A stretch of 24,000 bases of DNA. It comes from Metabacillus arenae (GTDB lineage: Bacteria; Bacillota; Bacilli; Bacillales; Bacillaceae). The position numbers and the translations under genes were made by a program. Each line of letters starts with the position of its first letter. The first letter of the stretch is position 1. The stretch covers positions 45,484 to 69,483 of the forward strand of contig NZ_JACXAI010000015.1 of assembly GCF_014773385.1 (NCBI RefSeq), given 5' to 3'. Below are positions 18,679 to 24,000 of this stretch, one piece after another. The notes below the pieces were generated by a model. It worked only from the letters and a program-made list of their open reading frames with translations. It was not told the origin of the DNA and did no database searches.

Positions 18679-20010
18679 ATGGAGAAGTCTAATCGAAAAA
18701 TGCATTTGAATTTATTTTTGATGAGCTTGGGACATCATGAAGCAGCATGGCGTCATCCTTTATCAGAGGTGAAAAAAACACTCGATTTTGACTATTATAA
18801 AGAAATTGCATTAAAAGCAGAGCAAGCAAAGTTTGATTCTCTATTTCTTGCAGACAGATATTCTATTTCAAGGCAAGCTGTTAAATATGGAGATTGGGGA
18901 GGTTTAGAACCTCTTACATTATTGTCTGCTTTAGCTGTAGTGACCCATAGGATAGGTCTTATTGCCACAGTGTCGACAACATTTAACGAGCCTTATAATA
19001 TTGCTCGCCGCTTTGCGTCACTTGATCATTTGAGCGGAGGCAGAGCAGGGTGGAATGTCATTACATCAGGTACTGAGCAAGAAGCACAAAATTTTAACCT
19101 CGATTCTATACCGGAGCATGGAGAACGGTATAAACGGGCAAAGGAATTTGTAGATGTTACGACTAAACTATGGAACAGCTGGGAAGAGGATGCCCTAATT
19201 ATGGATAAAATTACAGGAGTCTACGCAAACAACAATAAAATTCATGAAATTGAGCATGATGGAAAAAATTTCAAAGTGCGCGGACCTCTAAATATTTCTA
19301 GATCTCCCCAAGGTCAGCCTGTAATAGTGCAAGCAGGCTCGTCTGGCGATGGGATAGAATTTGCAGCACAATACGCAGAAGCCGTTTTCACAGCTCAACA
19401 ATCTTTGAAAGATGCTCAAGTTTTCTATTCTCGATTGAAATCAAGTGCTGTTAAGTACGGACGATCTAAAGAGAACCTTATCGTATTGCCTGGAATATGC
19501 CCAATTGTAGGAGAAACAGAGACGGAAGCGAAAGAAAAAGAGGCAGAGCTTCATTCATTAACCAATTCAGAGTATGGGATGATTCAACTATCAAATCGAA
19601 TAGGAATCGATTTATCATCTTATCCATTGGACGGACCTTTACCTACCCTGACTAATACAAGGCAAATAAAGGGACACCAAAGCAGAACTCAATTAATAAA
19701 GGAGTTAGCTGAAAAGGAAAGCTTGACAATTAGACAGCTGCTCCTTCGGCTTGCGGGAGGAAGAGGCCATTATACGATAGCTGGAAGTCCGAAGCAAATC
19801 GCAGATGAGCTGGAAGAATGGTTTACAAATGGGGCTGCTGATGGCTTTAATATTATGCCACAGTTAATGAGCGGGGGACTTGATGATTTTATCAACTTAG
19901 TAGTCCCTGAACTGCAGAGCCGAGGTTTGTTTAGAACAGAATACGGGAGTCAAACCCTTCGGGGAAATTTAGGTTTGAAGGATGTCGGGCAAAAAATGAA
20001 AGCTATTTAA
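18679..20010 (+). CDS. NtaA/SnaA/DszA(SoxA)-family LLM flavin-dependent monooxygenase
   Basis: KMHLNLFLMSLGHHEAAWRHP...FDSLFLAD...EPLTLLSALA...HLSGGRAGWNVITS...ERYKRAKEFVDVTTKLWNSWEEDA is diagnostic of this ~440-aa family. ATG at 18679 lies 5 nt after GAGGTGA, with an alternative ATG at 18661. The track start at 18568 overlaps ssuC by 86 nt. Confidence 0.85.
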   Translation: MEKSNRKMHLNLFLMSLGHHEAAWRHPLSEVKKTLDFDYYKEIALKAEQAKFDSLFLADRYSISRQAVKYGDWGGLEPLTLLSALAVVTHRIGLIATVSTTFNEPYNIARRFASLDHLSGGRAGWNVITSGTEQEAQNFNLDSIPEHGERYKRAKEFVDVTTKLWNSWEEDALIMDKITGVYANNNKIHEIEHDGKNFKVRGPLNISRSPQGQPVIVQAGSSGDGIEFAAQYAEAVFTAQQSLKDAQVFYSRLKSSAVKYGRSKENLIVLPGICPIVGETETEAKEKEAELHSLTNSEYGMIQLSNRIGIDLSSYPLDGPLPTLTNTRQIKGHQSRTQLIKELAEKESLTIRQLLLRLAGGRGHYTIAGSPKQIADELEEWFTNGAADGFNIMPQLMSGGLDDFINLVVPELQSRGLFRTEYGSQTLRGNLGLKDVGQKMKAI

Positions 20011-20033
20011 TTTATAGAAAGGAGTTGACTTCC

Positions 20034-21056
20034 ATGTTCAAGATATGGGCTAGATGGAGCTTTATCATTCTTATAGCAGCAGTTTCTATTATTTTAACTG
20101 CGTGCGGTTCTTTTAATAAACAAAGTGAAAAAGCCTCTGGCGAATCTAAGAGAAACGTAGTCGTAAATATTGGAGTGCAAGGGAGCACAGGCGTCTTACC
20201 ATATGCTAGAGAGAAAAAGTACTTTGAAAAAGCCTTTGAGAAGGTCGGGGCTGAGGTGAAATGGCATGAATTTACGAGTGGTCCTCCCCACTTTGAAGCA
20301 CTAGCTGCAGAAAGACTCGATTTAGGGGCCACTGGGGGAACACCTCTTATTGCCGGTCAATCGGGCGGTGTCGACTTTAAAGCAATTGCCGTTACCACTG
20401 ATGGGAAAAAGGGGAATTCGATAGTTATTGCAAAAGACAGTGAAATTAAGGACCTTAAAGATTTAAAAGGGAAAAAAATAGCAGTTGCTAAAGGAAGCAG
20501 TGCCTATAATTTTTTATATATGGCAATTGATCGAGCTGGATTAAAAGAAAAGGATATTAAGATTGTGCAATTACAACCAGATGAAGCAAGACCAGCACTG
20601 GATAATGGATCTATTGATGCTTGGTCAACATGGGAGCCGTACGCAACGACGGTAGTTCATCAAACTGCTGCAAAGATCCTAGTTAGTGGAGAGGATTTAA
20701 ATATTAATGCTCCAAGCTTTTTGGTAGCAAGGTCAAAATTTGCTGCTGAGCATCCAGAGCTCACAGTCCTATTTTTAAAAACATACGAAGAAGTCAGACA
20801 GCATTTTAGTAACAATCTTGATGAAGTATCAAAAGAAATAGCTGATAAAGAAAAGGTAGATGTTGAAATAATCAAGGAAGTATTAAAGAAAACAGACCTT
20901 ATTTTTTCTCCGGCAACTAAAGAATTTCAGAAGGCCCATCAAGAACAGGCAGACTTTTTATATTCAGCAGGAGGAATCAATAAAGAATTAGATACAACGG
21001 AAGTGATTGAAAATAAGTATATTGAACAAGTATTAAAAGAATTGGAAGCTAAATGA
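20034..21056 (+). CDS. ssuA: Aliphatic-sulfonate-type ABC transporter substrate-binding lipoprotein (SsuA-like)
   Basis: Signal peptide with lipobox IILTAC|G. The NMT1/SsuA-like periplasmic binding fold shows in GVQGSTGVLPYA...KWHEFTSGPPHFEALAAERLDLGATGGTP...DAWSTWEPY. ATG at 20034 lies 9 nt after AAAGGAG. Confidence 0.8.
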   Translation: MFKIWARWSFIILIAAVSIILTACGSFNKQSEKASGESKRNVVVNIGVQGSTGVLPYAREKKYFEKAFEKVGAEVKWHEFTSGPPHFEALAAERLDLGATGGTPLIAGQSGGVDFKAIAVTTDGKKGNSIVIAKDSEIKDLKDLKGKKIAVAKGSSAYNFLYMAIDRAGLKEKDIKIVQLQPDEARPALDNGSIDAWSTWEPYATTVVHQTAAKILVSGEDLNINAPSFLVARSKFAAEHPELTVLFLKTYEEVRQHFSNNLDEVSKEIADKEKVDVEIIKEVLKKTDLIFSPATKEFQKAHQEQADFLYSAGGINKELDTTEVIENKYIEQVLKELEAK

Positions 21057-21136
21057 TAGATAAGGTGTGTTTTATTTAAGAAGTTCTTATTTCAAATCCG
21101 AGTTTATCGATGGAAATAGAATGCATTCAGCTATTA

Positions 21137-21161
21137 GGGAGGGGCCTTCCCCTCTCCGTTT
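21137..21161 (+). terminator. Candidate terminator after ssuA
   Basis: GC-rich hairpin GGGAGGGG-cctt-CCCCTCTCC followed by a short GTTTC. The T tract is weak. Confidence 0.35.
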
Positions 21162-21226
21162 CAAATAAAGCGATTTTTTGGACGGAGACTGTCAAACAAA
21201 GTTCATATTTTAAGGAAGTGTTAGAT

Positions 21227-21388
21227 ATGAAACTTTTTAAAATGATTGAGAGGCGAAAAAAATCAATTATTGAGTTTTTAATAAATAATGGTGTATACAA
21301 TTCAGGTGATTACAGGCAGCTCTTTGAAATACCTCTTAAGGATCTAGAAAAAGAATATAGGCAAATTCAACAATCGATGAACGATTAA
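21227..21388 (+). CDS. Small basic helical protein (53 aa), tentatively FbpA-like (Fur-regulated basic protein family)
   Basis: MKLFKMIERRKKSIIEFLINNGVYNSGDYRQLFEIPLKDLEKEYRQIQQSMND. ATG at 21227 lies 8 nt after AAGGAAG. The pattern RRK..I...LI..G.Y......L.E..L..LE.EY resembles FbpA-type proteins as I recall them. No convincing Fur box was seen. The track start at 21110 reads through the ssuA terminator hairpin. Confidence 0.45.
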   Translation: MKLFKMIERRKKSIIEFLINNGVYNSGDYRQLFEIPLKDLEKEYRQIQQSMND

Positions 21389-21440
21389 AAAGTTTTGGGT
21401 CTTCAGGCAAACCTCCTTCACTTATTTTCTAGTCACATAT

Positions 21441-21468
21441 ACCAGTAAATGAAAAACTGCATAGGATA
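21441..21468 (+). promoter_or_regulatory. Sigma-K/sigma-E-like mother-cell promoter candidate (AC-N17-CATAggaTA)
   Basis: AC at 21441-21442, a 17-nt spacer and CATAGGATA at 21460-21468, matching the recalled sigma-K consensus AC-N17-CATANNNTA. It lies 20 nt upstream of the ATG at 21489. Confidence 0.3.
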
Positions 21469-21488
21469 ATTAGGAAGGAGGTAGCTGT

Positions 21489-22088
21489 ATGTCTAACTTT
21501 TATCCTGTTCAGCCGGGTTGGAACGATCAGCAGTTCCAAAACAGTAGGAAAAATCAAGAACAAGAAAATCGGCAAAATTACAATCAGAACTCTGCTTATT
21601 ATAGAAATAGTCAACCACAGAGCAGTTCTTCAAACGGTAGGCCAATAGCGATGTCAGGTAACGGCAGAGCCCAAGGATATGCGGGCTTTAATGGACCGGA
21701 AACCGTTCATTATTTGCAGGGATGCAGCAATATTCAACAGGGAATACCCATTAATTTTGGAGGAACAGCTCACACTCACAATCAGAATAATGCTTTCCAT
21801 GAACAATACGGAGGGCAAGGTCAAATTCCTCTGGGCTATACTCAAGAACTTGATGGTATTCTTAAAAACTATGGAATTTCTGCTATTCCAACAGATGGCA
21901 TCCAAAATCAACCATTTATAATGCCGCCAGGGAACGATGTACAATACACGATACAGACGCTAACTCACCTAATTATGTTAATTATTCATCAAAACAACCA
22001 GTTATTGCGTTTAATTCTCCAAGAACAAAGTAAATTCGTATCGACTGGCGGCGGAGGAGGGGGCGGATCAACAATAGTTCGTATGTAG
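21489..22088 (+). CDS. Hypothetical Q/N/G-rich low-complexity protein with a C-terminal hydrophobic helix and Gly7 tail (possible spore-coat component)
   Basis: A very strong RBS (AGGAAGGAGG) lies 8 nt upstream. The 199-aa protein has an N-terminal ~120 residues dominated by Q, N, G and S. Its C-terminus reads TLTHLIMLIIHQNNQLLRLILQEQSKFVSTGGGGGGGSTIVRM. A clean terminator follows. I recognise no family. Confidence 0.6.
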   Translation: MSNFYPVQPGWNDQQFQNSRKNQEQENRQNYNQNSAYYRNSQPQSSSSNGRPIAMSGNGRAQGYAGFNGPETVHYLQGCSNIQQGIPINFGGTAHTHNQNNAFHEQYGGQGQIPLGYTQELDGILKNYGISAIPTDGIQNQPFIMPPGNDVQYTIQTLTHLIMLIIHQNNQLLRLILQEQSKFVSTGGGGGGGSTIVRM

Positions 22089-22102
22089 ACTTTCTATAAT
22101 AA

Positions 22103-22135
22103 TTCCCAGTTTTGAAAAAACTGGGGATTTTCTTT
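22103..22135. terminator. Terminator hairpin between convergent genes
   Basis: CCCAGTTTT (22105-22113) pairs with AAAACTGGG (22117-22125) and is followed by TTTTCTTTT on the plus strand. Confidence 0.7.
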
Positions 22136-23565
22136 TACACTACAAAGAAACCGCTGGCAAGATACAAAACGATTGCGATTACTCCGCCGATAGCGGTTAT
22201 TTTTAATTTATAGCGTGCATAGTCGACAAGCGGCATTTCAAGAATAGAAGCTGTGGTTATCGTTGTATCCCCAAGCGGTGAGGTCATTGCACCAAATGAT
22301 CCGCTTGCAAAAACAGCTCCAACAGTCAAGGGAATTGATGCTCCAGTAGCAGTAGCTAAGGTCATTCCGAGTGGCATAAACAATCCCCAAGTCCCCCATG
22401 AAGATCCAATAAAATAACCAACCATGGAACCAATTAAAAAAATAATCGCCGGGATCGTAAAAGCAGGTAAAAATCCCCCTAATGTGGAACCGATAAAATC
22501 TGAAAAACCAAGATCCTCTGCTGTTAGCGACAGTGACCATACAAGAATAAGAAGGATAATTGCCTGCATCAATTGATTTCCTCCATCAAAAAAGTGATAC
22601 AGAATTTCATCTAGAGGCTGTTTACGAAAAAGGTAGAAGATAAATGTTAAAAAGAGTGAAATAAAAATAGCCAGCAGCATGACAAATGTTGCGTCAGCCT
22701 GCGAAAATGCTTCAATAATCGTTTTGGCTCCTTTAGCCGTTCCATCTTGCCACAAAAGGAATAATGACAAGCCGAGGAGCAAAAAGAGGGGAATGATCAA
22801 ATTCCATGGCTGGGCTTTAACCATAGCTAATTCTCTTTTTATCCCGATGCGGTGAAATTGGTGATCTTCCTGTTCCACTTTTCCTTGTTCTCCTTTTTTA
22901 TTGTCCTCCTTTGTTTTTTTAGAAAAAGGCCAAAATGTTTTCAGGAGGCCGATAACGAGCATAATTATCGCAAAAAAGTTAAATGGAATACTAAGTAAGA
23001 AAACCTGATAAGGTGACATATCTAAATGATGCTTCTGTATACCACCTTCAACAAGAGATACCATGAAGCCAACAAAAGCCGTAGCTACAGGTAAAAGCAC
23101 AATGACAGATGCTGTTGAAACATCCATCGTAAAACCGACTTTTTGTTTCGATAAATTCATTTTTTCCATAAGAGATTTGATGACAGGACCAATCATCATG
23201 ATGCGAAACATCGGCATCATAAAGGTGAAGGGCAGTGTTAGCCAGATAAGTGCAAGCAACCCGCGCTGAGACTTGATCTTCGTGCCGATCCATTCGGAAA
23301 ACCCTTTAATTCCTCCCGATATTTTCATCATGCCGACAAGACCGCCAAATAAATAAAGAAACCCGATAATCTTAATATTAGTGTCGTTGGACAACGTCTT
23401 AACAATATAGTTTATAGTTTGCTGAGACCCGCCTAATAGGTCGGATTTAACAATCAATGACCCGACAAGAATACCAAGCACCAACCCAGGTAAGATCTCC
23501 TTTAGCCAGATAGACATTGCAATGACGATAAGAAATGGCAATAGTGATAGCCAAGCATTTTCCAA
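22135..23565 (-). CDS. Na+/H+ antiporter NhaC-family membrane protein
   Basis: 476 aa with about 11-12 TM segments. A central hydrophilic loop (KKTKEDNKKGEQGKVEQEDHQFHRIG) separates two halves. The termini are NhaC-family-like (LSLLPFLIVIAMSIW...GSWGTWGLFMPLG...GDTTITTA). TTG start 8 nt after the G-rich SD. Confidence 0.7.
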   Translation of the reverse strand: MENAWLSLLPFLIVIAMSIWLKEILPGLVLGILVGSLIVKSDLLGGSQQTINYIVKTLSNDTNIKIIGFLYLFGGLVGMMKISGGIKGFSEWIGTKIKSQRGLLALIWLTLPFTFMMPMFRIMMIGPVIKSLMEKMNLSKQKVGFTMDVSTASVIVLLPVATAFVGFMVSLVEGGIQKHHLDMSPYQVFLLSIPFNFFAIIMLVIGLLKTFWPFSKKTKEDNKKGEQGKVEQEDHQFHRIGIKRELAMVKAQPWNLIIPLFLLLGLSLFLLWQDGTAKGAKTIIEAFSQADATFVMLLAIFISLFLTFIFYLFRKQPLDEILYHFFDGGNQLMQAIILLILVWSLSLTAEDLGFSDFIGSTLGGFLPAFTIPAIIFLIGSMVGYFIGSSWGTWGLFMPLGMTLATATGASIPLTVGAVFASGSFGAMTSPLGDTTITTASILEMPLVDYARYKLKITAIGGVIAIVLYLASGFFVV

Positions 23566-23811
23566 TGTCTCTTCCCCCCTTCATCAACCACTATCATTAT
23601 TTTGTTTAATTTTCCCAGCAGCTCCTTAAATATTCATTAAAAGAATGAAGGCATAAAAAGGTTCACCTTTATCATCCGCAGCTTTTTACGCAAGTAATCT
23701 TAGTCGTGTATGATGGATTTGTGAAAAAGAAATTGGTTGATCATCAAAATAAAACATGACACAATCGATAACATAGATGAAAATGAATAAAAATTTGAGA
23801 GGATGACCATC

Positions 23812-24000
23812 ATGACAACGATCTGTTTGGTTCGGCACGGAGAAACTGATTGGAATAAACTGGGGAAATTACAAGGAACCACCGATATTCCGCTGAATGA
23901 GACGGGGATCAAGCAAGCCGAGGATTGCCGAGATTATTTCAGCGTGTCAGATTTTGATTTCCTTATTACAAGCCCATTAAAAAGAGCAAAACAAACGGCA
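23812..24000 (+). CDS. Histidine phosphatase superfamily protein (phosphoglycerate-mutase-like), N-terminal part; runs off the window
   Basis: My translation from ATG at 23812 gives MTTICLVRHGETDWNKLGKLQGTTDIPLNETGIKQAEDCRDYF...ITSPLKRAKQTA. This contains the RHGE(T/S)xWN catalytic motif and SPLxRAxQTA. The RBS is GAGAGGA. It is absent from the track because there is no stop in the window. Confidence 0.8.
   Translation, partial: MTTICLVRHGETDWNKLGKLQGTTDIPLNETGIKQAEDCRDYFSVSDFDFLITSPLKRAKQTA

Noticed and set aside
17948-23912. Remaining short or antisense track ORFs (17948-18148, 18062-18481, 20012-20332, 20660-20875, 21429-21614, 21654-21944, 21679-21921, 22238-22540, 23048-23293, 23063-23269, 23700-23912)
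   Set aside because: Each is nested in, or antisense to, a CDS with clear family motifs. The last overlaps the promoter and start of the histidine-phosphatase gene. None has independent support.

Overview
AT-rich, Bacillaceae-like chromosomal segment with strong GGAGG-type ribosome-binding sites. It holds about 24 genes in ordinary housekeeping or accessory-metabolism modules. (1) A complete Bce-type peptide-antibiotic sensing/detoxification module on the minus strand: response regulator, intramembrane-sensing histidine kinase, ABC ATPase and FtsX-type permease (permease runs off the left edge), plus a textbook BceR-type operator. (2) A yydK-like GntR regulator divergent from a PTS beta-glucoside EIIBCA and a 6-phospho-beta-glucosidase (bglA-like). 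(3) A small protein-kinase-fold gene preceded by a 39-codon Lys-rich ORF and a long leader, then spo0M. (4) A luciferase-like (LLM) oxidoreductase convergent with a padR-chrA chromate-efflux pair. (5) An organosulfur (ssu-type) cluster: ssuE-like FMN reductase, yezD, a frame-disrupted ssuD, ssuB, ssuC, an NtaA/SnaA/DszA-family monooxygenase and ssuA. (6) A small basic protein, a Q/N-rich orphan protein, an NhaC-family antiporter and the start of a histidine-phosphatase gene. I found no rRNA, tRNA, CRISPR array, IS/transposase, phage gene or recognisable defence system, and no clearly novel multi-gene system. The items most worth a second look are: a ~196-nt nested three-helix intergenic element with a loop-tail pseudoknot (9044-9239); the disrupted ssuD junction (A7 tract and a 58-nt-spaced direct repeat); two long 5' leaders ending in terminator-like hairpins (10278-10460 minus strand, 14585-14789 plus strand); and a Q/N-rich poly-Gly-tailed orphan with a sigma-K-like promoter. 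All similarity statements rest on my reading of the translations and on recalled family motifs. No database search was run.
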